NCBI GenBank assembly: GCA_002189035.1
Contig: CM007991.1
Coordinates: 3,968,001 to 4,032,000, forward strand
Source: Utricularia gibba
Taxonomy: Eukaryota; Plantae; Magnoliophyta
Reading direction: 5' to 3'
DNA: 64,000 nt
Position 1 is the first letter of the stretch. Every line of letters begins with the position of its first letter. Shown here in pieces: positions 24,700 to 37,999 of the stretch. Made by a program: the position numbers and the translations under genes. The notes under the pieces are model-generated. The model made no database searches, was not told the DNA's origin, and was given only the letters and a program-made list of their open reading frames with translations.

Positions 24700-27350
24700 A
24701 AGTTGGATCCTTGGAAATCTCTCTGCATCAGCACTTCTTGCTTAAGCTCGTGTTTTTCAGCTCAAAGTTTAAATCTTGATGAAGAAATAAAAAATGGAAT
24801 GAATAGAGACAATATTTTGCAACTAGGCATTAGATTGAGCAAAGAGTCACATACTTTTAAAGTTTAAACACAAATGCAAATGGGCTTAGGCACATAAGCT
24901 CTTATATATTCCCAAATACTAAAATATTAAATAAATTTTTTCAACTCAAAATATCATCAATTTTTTCTTACACTCATTTCCTTATTTCATTAATTAATGA
25001 TCAATTTCAAATTTACCTCCAACACTTCCCCCTCAAATCATGCATGGTGAGCTTCTGGAAGATCTCAACATCAATCATCATATCATTGTGATTTACTTGA
25101 ATCAAATTTTTTTTAGAAGACTTCATAAGTAAATCAGTTAACTGCTTTTTGAGTTCAACATAAACCACATCGATTTCTATGTTTTTTGAGATATTCTTTC
25201 AAGTATATTGAAATTAGTTTTCATGTGCTTTGGCTTGTTGAAAATGCATATATTCATTTGGTATGGAAATAACTAACCTTGTCTTCATCTTATTTTCATA
25301 AGTTCTTGAGCAACCAACACATTTTAAAAATAAATCACTTTGCACATATCAAGCTCAAGTAACTTGTTTCAATTCATTCAAAACTTTTTTAATCTATTAC
25401 AATTATTTTCTCTTCTAATTATCCTAAATATAGAAGATTGTACAGTATACATTTCTTCTTCTTTTAGTGTATCATTCAAGATTGTTATATTGACATCGAG
25501 TTGATATCGATTTAAAAATTGCAATCGACTATATTACTTTAATTATCTCAATCTTAGTAACATGTGTGAATATCTCATAATAATTTATATCTTTGGTTTC
25601 AGAATATCCTTTTGTTACTCATCTTCTTTTACATTTGTTGAAAGAATCATTACCTATCAATAGAGCCATTTGGATCTCATTGTTGTTGATTTTTTAGTTG
25701 TTGATCATTTGACTAACTCTTGGATTTGATTTTCTTTACATTCATCATCATTGGAATTAGAATTATCTTACAAGAGAGCATTATTTTTAATGTCTTGTCA
25801 TCATCAATCTTAGAATTTCAATTTGTCATAGTATCAGTATTTACATTCTCCTTTTTTTGTTTGCCTTCTTCATTCACCTTTGGTACATGATCTTGATAAA
25901 GATTATAACAATTTTTATCATTCAATAAGCTGCAATTCTTATTTTCATCAAAAGTAATATATGTACTAATAATAATTTTAGTTTTTCATAAATATAGATA
26001 AGTGTCTTTTGAATTTTTCATTAAGTTTTGTTCTTTTTTCTACAATTATATGAACAAAGTTTATTGTCTAAAGACCTTGAATTGCTCCCTATCTTTTGTA
26101 GCCATACCAAAGTTTATGAGAAGTTTTACTTAACTTGATAGGCAACATATTTAAAAGATATATAGTTCATATAGGATTTTAGATTTATGGTAATTTTTTC
26201 TGTTGTCTACCCAAAGGAGTATTTTGATCGATTATATCCTGAGAGGTTGTAATACTCTTACTTTTTATTAAGGTGAAGTTTCTATGTTGATGACATTTTT
26301 CTATATTAACATTTGCTATAGTTCTCTATTATTAAAAACATATAAATGCTATGGCTTTCATAGTTGATCAAGCTCACACCAATTGATTCCTCGTTTATTC
26401 TTGATTTTTCGAAAGAAGTAGATTTTGATTTGCTATAATCTTTTAAACACTAGTTTGGGAAGCTAGAACATAGAAATGTTTTTTTCAAGTAAACTTCCAT
26501 TCATTCAAAAAGAGACTGCACACTACAGATTTTAGTTACAGCCACCAACTAAGAAGGGCTTACATAGCCATAAGAAAATTGGGATTTTTTTCTGTTGCAT
26601 TCTTCCTTGTAACCATGTTAATGCCATCAATTATACATCTCTCAGATTTACCCCTTATAGTCAGGGATTCCCATCTTGATTATTTCAAAATATGTTATGA
26701 TTTCTAATCTTACATTATAGGCAAAGAGTAGAATCGATCACTACCTTCCAAACACTCCTTAAACCTGTAGAATGACATGGATTTGAGATATTTGAATACC
26801 AACTAGAAATTTTCCAGTTTTGGAATTGCATTATAGCTAATTATATATATCAATCCATAAACTTTGACCACCTCCACATTGGAACCTGATATGGAATTCA
26901 GTTTCCCCCTACCTGTGGCATTTACTACACATAACATCACCCATTTCTACATTTTTCGCCATCAAGTTAACTCTCATTGATAACCAGGCTTGGACAAATA
27001 GTCATAGAAGAATCCTCACCTTAAGGGGACATGTGCTCCATTCCTTATCAAAGAAAGATGTGAGAGAGGAAGATGTGTGTTCTCCTGGAGATCTAAGAAG
27101 TTTCTTGATATTTTGTGTTGTACACTCTTCACTAAAGTGGATGAACCTTGCTCCAACTCAATGGCCCTCTAATAGCAAAGAGTTATACCTAGAACATAGA
27201 TAGTGGAAATGCACCCAATATCAGTGTTCCCTTATAGTTATCTGTTTATGAAATTTATCCTCTATTGGTTTTAAGTTTTGAATAATAGATGTGTCTGCTC
27301 GCAACGTGTTTAATAAGAGTCATATGTATTCTCAACCTCAAGTCAAAAAA
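24700..27350 (-). mobile_element. Highly degenerate, truncated Ty1/copia LTR retrotransposon (RT-RNaseH remnants, PPT, 3' LTR start)
   Basis: Minus-strand fragments in copia order, all with stops and frameshifts: KLVFKRL*Q (cf. RLVAKGYxQ, about 26450); KLSKTSHKLWY (cf. KLxKALYGLKQAPRAWY, about 26120); KQVT (cf. KKQxxVA, about 25365); KPKHMKTNF (cf. RTKHIxxxF, about 25225); EIDVVYVELKKQLTDLLMKS (cf. QLADIFTK, about 25150). PPT GAGGGGGAAG at 25034-25025 is followed at once by TGTT (LTR start, 25024). Outer boundaries are approximate. Confidence 0.8.
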
Positions 27351-28451
27351 AAGATGGATATGTTATTATAACATAGTGAGATATGTAAAACAAAAAAACT
27401 GCACATCTTTGGAGATAAAAATACTGGTTACTATTACAAAATACTAAAGAGATAAAGAACTATGAGAACAATTAGGAACTTCCACGTAAATGGATGTATG
27501 AACCATGTAAAATAAAGGGATAAACATGAGAACATTTTAAAAAGAATTCTATGTTGTCCCAAATATAAGTGGTTAGTATATGAATTTTACAAATATAGAT
27601 AAACACATTACTAATGTAGTTACCATCTTTTACATGAACTGACATTAAAAGAATTGAAAAAATCCATATGAAACTCTAATGATGATAAATGTTCTAAGAT
27701 TTCCTATGAAATTTGTCAAAGACTAGTTTCTGAACTCTAACACACATGGACACAGGACAAAACTAGTTTCTGGAAGCTGCACTTCTCTTAACGAGCGCCA
27801 TTAAGATGACAGCTGCGGCTTGTGTTTATTTTATTGCTTGTTTTCTGTGAACTTATTTTACTGTTTTATAGTTGCAGTGAATGGTTCTGGAAGGTGAAAC
27901 CCCGGTTGCTCCTCCCCTCAATGAAATGAATTTGAGTTGACCGATGCGTTGTGTTGTTTGTATTTTTAATCTTTTTTTTTTTTACAGTTGTAAAATCTTC
28001 GGATTCCACGCCCAGCCACCTACTGATCTGAGGATTCACTGCAGTATTCACATGAAAAGCTGCAGTGCGACCCAGAGAATTTAACACTCCCTTCCCCTCC
28101 CCTCGCTTCTGGTTAAAATAAAAAGGAACTGTGGAATGCTTCTTCTTGTGGCGAGCACCAGTGGGGGCGTCTCTTCTGCTCTGCCTCCACAGCTTTACAT
28201 TTACTGACTTGACAGCACCATTAAAGAAGAAATCGATACTAAACTCCCACGACCACGTGCCGCATAAACTCTGCTGCTTGCATGGAAAATATTACCCTAA
28301 AGACAAGGAATACAAGAAACCAGTTTTAGTTACTTGTATGGCCTTCACCCTACACTGTGATCCTTTGTGTTTCTAAAGAAACTTCGGTCTTTCTCCACCT
28401 GACTCCCTCCATTCGTCTGGTTTTGAAGGAGAAGAAGAGAGGATCCCTTTC

Positions 28452-28784
28452 ATGGATGCTTCAAAGATCCTTCAGGATGTTGAGGAATGCAGCAGCAATG
28501 AATCGGGGTGGACGATGTACATTGCTTCACCATACCATGATGATGATGAGGATGATGCCATTGTTCTGGATGATGATGCAGATGGAGGTGAAGAGGAGTT
28601 CTGTGGACAAATAGAGGATGAGGAGAGTGATGATTCAATGGCTTCCGATGCGTCTTCTGGTCCAAGTTATCAGCAGCTGCATTATGGGGCTTTGAACAAG
28701 TGTCAGAAAAAACAGAAGCATGCTGTAGCTGAGGTTGAGGAAGAAGAAGAAGAAGAAGAAGAAGAAGAAGAAGGCAAGAAATGA
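28452..28784 (+). CDS. SOFL: SOB-five-like (SOFL) protein, single exon
   Basis: Family motifs [13 protein letters not shown] and [12 protein letters not shown]; acidic tracts; C-terminal poly-Glu encoded by (GAA)n at about 28738-28772. Confidence 0.92.
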   Translation: MDASKILQDVEECSSNESGWTMYIASPYHDDDEDDAIVLDDDADGGEEEFCGQIEDEESDDSMASDASSGPSYQQLHYGALNKCQKKQKHAVAEVEEEEEEEEEEEEGKK

Positions 28785-29381
28785 TCTGGAATCTGATCAT
28801 GCTTTACCTACTTTTGGGGTGCTGCTTTTTTAACTTCTCGTTGAAATTTTGGTTTGTTCATAGTCTTCTCCAGTTCAATTAATCCCTTTTGCAGCAGATG
28901 CACACTTGGACCTTTCTATGAACTCCCCTCCATTGCTCTTAGCAGTTAGCACACACATTCAGACAAAAAATGCAGAGACTGTGAAACCCATCAAGATCCT
29001 TGAGATCACTTGGCAGCAGAATATGAAAGAAACCATCCAAATCCATAAACAAGTTGATTTTTCATTGGATTTCTAAGAGACCGTACAGTACAGTGCCTGA
29101 TTCAAAGAACATTCATAAGACAAAACACTAACTGGGCCTCCAGGAACAATGAAAACTTGGATGAGTTGGCCCAGTTTAATTTGGGCCAATATGACCCATT
29201 TGTAAAGTGGATCTTATCTGGGCTGCGGTGAGCTTTCACCATCTCTGATGTGCTCCTTCCGCCGCTTCAGAGTCGACGGAAGAACCGACTGGCTTAATTC
29301 AGGATGTGTAGCCGCTGGAGGGATATCCATTAACAGACGCGAACCCTGAGGTGGTATAGTTCTAAGGGCAAGAATCTCGAA

Positions 29382-29800
29382 ATGGGGCACTGGATTTTGA
29401 TCCTTTTCGCCGGACCTTCTCGTATGATGAAGGGAATTACGGCAGCGTTTTCTACTCCGTTACGCCTGAAGTTAGCCAGGGGACTCCATGGTAACGTTAT
29501 CGGAGCACTGAAAAGTTCAGAGAGGTTCCTACTGAACAATTTTATCAGCGCATGATGTAAGTTGCAAGACATCGGGCATGCGCGTAAAGTGTTCGACGGA
29601 ATTTCCAAAAGGAATGCCTTCGTGTGTAATATTTAACCTGGTTCCTAAGACAAATGAGGTACTTGGAGCTTGGTTATCTCGGTTGTAAATGAGGGAAATA
29701 CATCTACTTTTTGCAAATGGGTTTGGAGAAACACACCGGACCCGAGCGAAATGGCTGTAAAAGCTAAACTTTTTCTGTAGGATCACCCAGTGACAGAGTC
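29382..29800 (+). pseudogene. PLS-class PPR gene remnant (N-terminal repeats only, with in-frame stops)
   Basis: Frame from ATG 29382 reads ...LARGLHGNVIGALKSSERFLLNNFISA*CKLQDIGHARKVFDGISKRNAFVCNI* (stops at 29553 and 29634), followed by a WSLVIS-like fragment. ARKVFD..I..RN is a PPR signature. Confidence 0.8.
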
Positions 29801-30000
29801 TATGCGTTACCATTGTTGAGTGGTATTAAAGACATGAACAGAGTCAAGCCTATCATGGTGAGGGCAAAAGACTGACTCCAGGTAACTTTTTTTTTTTTGA
29901 ATAAAATCCATTAACATTTGGAAGAATTCCGCAAGTTGATACTTTTTCAGTATTTATATACAGATCCTCCTGCGGTAGAAGTTCAACCAAGGTTTGAGCT

Positions 30001-33000
30001 TCAAATGTCACAAAATGTAGTACAGTACATCAGAATATTTTCTGCAATTTTCCTGGTGGCATTATCTCCATGAGTATATGCCCTGGTCACCGTGGAAGGG
30101 AATAACCCGTTTTCTAATATTTCCAAAACAGATTCATTCTTGCCGTACATCAAGAACCTTTCTATCACCCAAAATGCCTTCTGCTGCAGTGCCTTTTCTT
30201 CATGCTTGTTTACTGAATTCAGAACGTGTTGGATAACACCATTTTCAGACAGCAACTTCACACTTTTTTGCACATTGACCTTATCATCCAACAATGTGGA
30301 TAGAGCTGATAAAACAGACTGAATTACCTCCACATTTTCATGGTCCAGACACGCCACTAGCCTGTTCATGGCATCTGCCTGTAGCAAGCAGAATGTGCCT
30401 GGCGTAGAGCAGATCCCTCCATGTATGGGGCAGAATGGAATAGCCTTATCCTTCGATATTTTTATTCTTATGCTTTTTCCGTGGCATTCAAGCTTCAGGA
30501 ATTTCGTTTTCTTTGTCGGTAGGGGCCTTGATAGTCTGATAGACTGCTTCGACAAATTCTCTAGGCCCCTGGCAGCTGACTTAAGAACTTCATCAGAGGA
30601 GGACTTGGTTATCATATCTGTTAGAATTGCAGTGAAGTTGTAGATTCTTGCTGTCCGAAATATTTCATAGTCATACAATGTTGCCGTCAGTCTGACAAGA
30701 ATGCCCACAAGTCCTTCAAAGTACACACTAGCCTGTTGACTTGATCTTGTCCCTGTTTCCTGAATCTTACGAATAATTCTCATGACGGTTAAAATGGTGC
30801 TGCTGCTTACCAAAGCCTGGTTAAGTTTCAAGTTCTGATGCGGAAGCTTTACCAAGAAATTTGCACATAATGCTTGCTTCTCTGTGATTTGAGTAACGTC
30901 TTGTGGATCTTGGATCAGATTTTCAGGCATTCCATTGGTTTTGCAGAGCCTATCTGATAATACATGTCCAATGAAGGCAGATAATGCAATCAACAGCTTC
31001 GTGGATGCAATCCCAAGCTCCTCATTCGGACTGGTTGTCAGCGCAATCAAATGATAACTAGATTCTGCCTCCTCCATTACAGAAACAATAATGCTTGAAG
31101 CTTTGGGGGAAGTCATCAAGCAAAGTAGGATTCGGATGAGGTTCAGGTTCAACTTATCAGGGTTGGACCCCTTGATTCCGTGAATGATGTCAAATATAAT
31201 GTATTCTGAGGCCATCTTGTGACCATGGCTGGTGGCTTGGAAATCGTCCACATCCAGCCCTGACTCTAGTATATTTGCTAGTATTGCTGCTGCCTCAAAT
31301 TTCATTGTCACTGGGTGGTGATTAGCCTTCCGGGGTAACATTTCCTCAACCATAATTTCTAGTATTCCAGCCTGGGCGAGAATCTTGGCATTGTGATGGT
31401 GATAAGACATCTGTTTCAATGCTCTCAAGGCTGCATTTTTGCTGACAGAATTTCCTGTCTGCATCATGTCAATCAGAGCTTGAGAAGCCCTCTCTGCCAC
31501 TTTGATCATGCTTTCAGGGTCAGGAACAATTTCCCCTAGATAACTTGCCATCTTCATTTTAACCTCTTCACCATCTGTTCAAATTGGAATTATCAAGTGC
31601 TTGCATTGAATGGGTGGTTATAAAACAAAACATCTTCATTTTCCTCACAGGAAGAAGAAATTGATGTTTGGAAGAACATAATTTTCTCAACGCACCTTCA
31701 ACCAAGTGAGTCAACAATGGATCCCAGAAGCCATTTTCAGCCATAATCTTTATGTTTTCTGGAAGCCTTTCCAAGCTCTTTAATATTCCATAAGCTGCCT
31801 CTGATGCAAAAGCATCTACGCATCGATTGCATTTCACAGAGATCAGCATCTGGATACCTCCAGGTATTGTTGTAATCTTGTTACAGAAAACTTGGCTTCT
31901 TGAGAGTTCGAGAAGAAGTAGCAAACATGTGTGCTTAACCTCTTTATCATTACTTGACAGCATCTTCAGACTAGTTGAAATATCAATTGTTTTAGATATG
32001 ATTTCCTGTTAAAAGCGATAGTGTAAGATTAAAGAATAAAGGCAAATACTATTCAACAAGGTGGAGCGAAATGAGAAATCAATCACCTGTCTCTCTTCAT
32101 CATCCTCAGCCAGTGTTCTCAGAAGCTCCAGAGTTGCAAATCTTATTCTTCTGCTGCTATGTTCCAGAAATTTTCCAAGCAGATAAATTATTCCAATGTT
32201 ATGAACCTTTTCCTTGATGTGTTTCTTACTTCCAAAGATATTTTGAAGATCTTCTAGTGCTTCAAGTACCATATTGTCTGTGCTTGCCAGAGACAGGGCT
32301 GCTCGGTCCACCTTGATTCTTGCCATTTCATTCCTTGCCCTCCACTCATCAATCGTTGCCTTCAGAGCTACGTTGGACCTCAGCATTTTACTCGTAAGCT
32401 TCTTTCCTGATTGCGGGCAAATAGTCTCTAGATCCTGATTCTTCTCAAACCATTCAGTAATACCTTCCCTATCATAAGTCACCCCGCTTTCTATAGTCAC
32501 CGGATCATTCATAATCCTTTTTGACAGAGGACATAAAAATGTGTCATATGCAGGCTCCATATGGTGAGTCAATTGTGGCGTTTGAATCCGAAATCGTTTA
32601 TCAGGTGTGCTCAATACTTCATTGTTGTGAGATGTGCGATGGTTCATCGGAGTGCGATCGACATTTCCAGGGTATGAGTTGCTCACCATCGACGGCTTGC
32701 GACATCGATCTTGCAACTTCTCATAAACAGCTTCGGCTCCCTTGGATGCATACGGATCTCCACATGCCGAATTTGGGACAAGAGCTAGGTATTTCCCAAT
32801 GCTTTTCATGACACCCTCAATTCGCCGGATTGCACTCTTGACTTGAGAGAAGATTGTAACTGTGGTGCGATCCTCTCTAATCTCAGGCTGAATCCTCTCG
32901 GAGAGTCAAGTTCTCGATGCAGAGACTTTACAACATCAATGGACGTTAAAGCAGCGTGCGCTATTTCATTCAGTGCCTCTTTCTCTACCTGTATCCACGC

Positions 33001-33207
33001 CGATGCTTTCACAACTGCTGATATTGCTTCTTCCAACATGGAGGACTTGACCATAGGAAAGCCATGAATTCTTCCTCTGTCAGGAGAACTGCAAAGGAGT
33101 GAGTAACTTGTCTCAGCAGTGCAACATGAGGATGATCTGAAGACACTAAGCTGGAGCTGCGCTTACCTCCGGCCCCTTTGAGCTTCCGCCGGACATCCTC
33201 TGAGCAT
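30001..33207 (-). CDS. U-box / ARM-repeat E3 ubiquitin ligase (PUB42-like, At1g68940-type); N-terminal frame discontinuity
   Basis: U-box EPAYDTFLCPLSKRIMNDPVTIESGVTYDREGITEWF...CPQSGKKL. Exons ...-32087, 32005-31696 and 31574-30001 join in frame and encode ARM repeats. The N-terminal part (ATG 33054, or ATG 33207 via intron 33166-33090) is in a different frame from the U-box exon. Confidence 0.85.
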
Positions 33208-33979
33208 TCCGGAGATGTGAGCTGTTCCTCTTAAAGTATTGTGATTGTATTGAACAGGTCATCGAATTCAGCATCCACAACCTTTTGAAACATCGTTTTC
33301 ATGCTGAGGATGGACGGACTCGGTCTTGGTCTCGGTCCCGGTCCCGGTCACCCTCCATCTAGCGCGTGCAGTCACTTGTTTTTCCGTCGTCTGTATTTCA
33401 ATTTAACAATATATAGATCCCGTTTGTTGTCATATTTTAATTTATAATATATTCAAATTATTTATGTTTGAATAAATGTATATGAAATTATAATTAAAAT
33501 TATATTTTACAAATATATATTTAAAAAATCATTATATTCATTATCATATCCAGATTTTTGCTATATCCACGCTATGTCAACATGTATGATTTAGAAATCC
33601 GGTTATCTTATGATATTCATGTGAGGAAATTAATCATCTTTAGTGTAATTTTTTTATTTTAATGTGCAAAACAAAAAGAACATGTGATTAAATTTGTAAA
33701 TGAGTGTAGCAATTTTTATTTCTCTTTTTTTTTAACACGATCTAATATAAATATAGTATTTTGATTAAATATTGTTGATCAATTATACCATTTAGTTAAA
33801 TAATAGTGATTGTTAACGTCAATGTTCCGACACTCCCTGAAGAACGCTCCAAAGCCGGAAGTATTATACTGTCAATGTCATTAAAAAACCACATCAGCAC
33901 TAGAATGAGTATACGCAAATTTTAATCGTAGAATTGACCGTGACCATGGTTGACAAGGTCTACGTATTATTAAATTATA

Positions 33980-34700
33980 GAGCCGGTATGGAGCCGGTTC
34001 TCCTCCAAAGAATGGGGCCTACCGCTAGAAGCTTTCATTTCTTTAACATATATATATATTATATAACTACTATGTCAAACTGTATTTAAAACGGGATTGG
34101 AATGAAATCGGCACGATTCACAAATTGGGTTTGACCGGTCAAACTTGAATTAATACAAATTATTATAATTTTTTTAAACAATATATATATATTTAATATT
34201 ATTAAATTATTAATGATCAAAGTCAAATATTAATAAGATAATGAATATATTTAATTTTTGAGAATACATATATTATGTAAATAAAAATAAAAATACTGAA
34301 ATTTTCATTTAACATTAAAAAATCATAATAAGGATAATTTATACATTGAAACTTTTTTATATATACAAAGATAGAATAAAACTCATTATTTAAAATAAAA
34401 TTTAATTGTTTTCAATTCCAATAAATGACACCATGATCAAATCCAAATAGTTTTTAAAAGAAACTTTTGAATAAAATAAAAGAATATATCACTTTTAAAT
34501 TTTCAAAAATTAAAATTTGAAATTAAAAAAAATTATATTAAATACCAATAATTAGACATCCAATTAACCAATGAATTGTTGAAAACCGGTTAACAGGTTC
34601 AACTTGCCTGTTCAACTCACCAGTTAATCGATGGAGTTGAACACATAGATTAAGTTTGGAAAAACCGCATCACAATTGATTTGGAAACAATTGAAAATTC
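33980..34700. repeat. Degenerate non-autonomous DNA-transposon-like tract with ACCGG/AACCG motifs
   Basis: GAGCCGG twice at about 33981-33998, perfect 16-bp palindrome GTTTGACCGGTCAAAC at 34129-34144, AAAACCGGTTAAC at about 34582, AT-rich filler. No TSD resolved. Confidence 0.35.
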
Positions 34701-35476
34701 TAATAAAATGAGAATTGATATATATTTGTAATTGTTTTTTTTAGAATGAAGTTTATTTGAAATATAAAAATTAGAATTGATTTTAATAGGTAAATGACAT
34801 ATTTATCTATATTATTAATAATTATATTTTATAAATTTATAATTTAAAAATATTTTTTACATATCATTTGTATTTTAAAAATATTATATAATTTTTAAAT
34901 GGTAATTTACATATTTAGGTTAATTTAAATATGTATCCTATCAATATTTATATTAAATTATAATTTTAAAATTAAGTTAGTTAAATTATTTATAATATTA
35001 TTAATTATAATTATTTATAAGTATATATTTTTAATTTTAATTTTAAAATTAATTTTCAAAAATCAATTCTCATGAAAAAAACTATTATTTCATAATTCTC
35101 ATAAAAGTGAAATGATTATAAAAAATTAATTTTCAAAAAATAGAATTTGATATCATTTAAAAGATAGAATCAATTCTATTTAGAATCAATTAGAATAGAA
35201 TTGATTCTTGGGACTTACAAACGTTGCTGTAGTGTCAAACTACTTGATTTCCATAGGGAGAATTTCGGGTCAATCGGTTCGGGTCAACAGCTAGTCGAGA
35301 ACCAGAATCCGATTTTCGTATTGGTGAGGCTCGAAAATAAATGGGCTTTATGAAGCCCAAAAACTGATGGTGACGTATGGTGTAGATAAACAATAAATCC
35401 CTACACCGCTGATGAAACTTGAAAGACGAGCGAGCGCCGGATGTTCCATTCGCCGGCACTCCGGAGAGTTTCGCAC

Positions 35477-36975
35477 ATGGCTGCAAAGCCTCCACGGTTC
35501 CGTCATCGTAAGCGGATCCCGGCAGTTACTGAGTTTCCACACTGAGATCATTCATGTTTAAACTCTTAGAATTTGTTGACGCGACAGTTGCGGAGAGTGG
35601 GCATCAGGTAGCGGGCTCAAAGCGACATAGAAATCTAACGGTGGATGCGGCTTCCGGTGCCGCTGGTTCTGAAGAAAATCCCATCAGGAACGCTTTTTCA
35701 AAATACGCCGGGTACCTTAATGATCTGGTGACCTTCCGCCCCTTTTTGCTTGCTGCAATCCCTAACTATCTCTGCTACAGTTTGGTGTAATTCGGAGACA
35801 AAGTATTTATTTGTTTAGGTTTCTATTACTCATATGCATTCGAGGCCCTGATTGGGCACATGGGGTTTTCCTTTGATGTATTAAGAAACGCTGCTGGGAA
35901 TGTGTTTAGGGTTAAGGTTGCATTGACTTGTGTTTAGTTGAAATTTACCTCCTCCCCGCTGTACTCAAAAAATGTGCTTCATTCCTTCAAACTGCAGAAT
36001 GACAAGAGAGAGCGTGTGATCAAGGCGAGCCGTGATGTGACCATGAACAGCAAGAAGGTTATATTTCAGGTGCACAGGTAAGAAGGAAATCATTTATTGT
36101 CTTTTATAAACAATGGTTACCCATCCCAGAATCCGATGAATGAATCGTCTCGCAGAATGAATAAGTTCAACAAAGATGAAGTTTTGAAAAAGGCAGAACA
36201 AGATTTAGCTGCAGTTCTGGATCAGCATATTGCTCGTTTGATAAGAGAGCTCCAAGGCACTGACTTCTGGAAACTGAGGCGAGCGTATTCACCAGGGGTG
36301 CTCACTTGTGATTCCCTTGTGTTCCATTAACTGCATTAGCTTTTTGTTGCTTCGTTTTGAGTTCTTGGTCTGTTAGGTCCAGGAATATGTCGAAGCTGCT
36401 ACCTTGTGCAATTTCTGCAAAACTGGAACGCTGTTGAGTCTCAATGAGATTAACGCAACTTTCCAACCCCTTGGTGATCCTTCCATTGAGCCTCTTCAGA
36501 TCAATCTACTTGACTATCTGTTGGGGGTAGGCACCTTTTTAATTTTGACTATAGTTATGACTCTTGCTCATTCCTCGACTCCTCCTGTTCAGCTGGCTGA
36601 CTTAACGGGCGAACTCATGAGACTGGCCATAGGTAGAATATCTGATGGTGAACTTGAATTCGCCCAAAAAATCTGTGGGTTCGTTCGTGAAATCTACCGA
36701 GAGCTGATACTCGTCGCCCCAAAGATGGAGGACACTTCAGACATGAACGCGAAGATGGACACAATGCTCCAAAGTGTAATGAAAATCGAGAACGGTATAC
36801 CCACCCTGACCTCATGAATCTCAGGATGATATCCATTAAGTTACAGATGTCTCATCGTTTCCTTTACCATCATGCAGCATGCCTCAGTGTCCATGTTCGT
36901 GGATCTGAGTACATACCCTTCCTCGGATCGGAAGACACAAGCTTCCCGTTGTTGGGCGTGCCCGACGTTGACTGA
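35477..36975 (+). CDS. TSNAX: Translin-associated factor X (TRAX), translin family
   Basis: 7 exons: 35477-35507, 35588-35727, 35998-36077, 36156-36297, 36377-36526, 36593-36794, 36878-36975. Motifs NDKRERVIKASRDVTMNSKKVIFQVHR, AYSPGVQEYVEAA, DYLLGLADLTGELMRLAI, KIENACLSVHVRGSE. Confidence 0.94.
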
Positions 36976-37999
36976 TGAACCTTCTTCACTCCCTCAGGTT
37001 AGTTCTCCGACATTCGCATTTCCCCGCAAACCCCGGAGCGAGTAGACAAATCACTTTAGAATGTAGCGCATGGGTGTTTGCGGCACCGGAGCGTGTTTTA
37101 CAATTTCCTCCAACTCGAGGGCCAAGAAATCCAATAGGTTCTAAAATGAGGGGCCCTTTTGTAATAAAAGAAAAATGCCCGGAGTCCGCGTTGAATTATC
37201 ATGATTCCATAGCATCCGTGACCACGACAAGTCGGGAGTCTTCTTACTGTCTTTGCCCCTAATGTCCTAAATTGTTAAAAAAAAGTATGATTCTATTATA
37301 CAAACTGTTGAATTTTTTTAAAAAAATCAATTTACTTTAAAACACACAAAAATCTTTAAAAGTATTGAGAAATCTAGGCACAAAAAAAGTAAAACAATTC
37401 AAAATAATCACGAAAAATCGTAAATTTTGTGTGCCAAAAGTCCATTATCATTTAATATCAAAATTTGAATTATTAAAATTTATAATTTGTATTTTCATTT
37501 AAATATAATGTCTGAATGTCGAATAATCTATGGTATGAATGATGTTTGATAGATTCCTTTTGTATGCGGTGTGCACAAGCAAGGGCCACCACGCATGGCG
37601 CTTTATTATTATAATTAAAATGATAATTATAAAAATATAATGTTGATTTTACTGTGAACGGAATCTAGACCTTACTGTCCTTGTCTTTTCCTAGTCCTTT
37701 GTCGTGTTTTGGATTTCTTAATGTCAGGATCAAGCTACTTCCAGATTCTTCCTGAATCCAATCAATAATTTTGTCTTAAATCTTCCCTTAGAGTCGTTTT
37801 TCAATTGATTTAACACTATAAAGAAAATTTTTTTATTTCTAAATAATAAATTGATGGATTTTATTTTACCCCAAAAAATACACTGATTTAGTAGCGTAAA
37901 TATAAGGTTAAGGACTAAGATAAAGTAAATATTCGTAAACAATATAAAAAAAGAAAATGAATCTACCGCTTTTATTGCGCTACAGTAGCTAGCGGTGGT

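Noticed and set aside
35554-35790. ORF-track start MFKLLEFVDATV for TRAX
   Set aside because: This ATG lies inside intron 1 (35508-35587). The spliced start at 35477 (MAAKPPRFRHLAES) fits the family better, although the intronic ATG is in frame and could serve a minor isoform.
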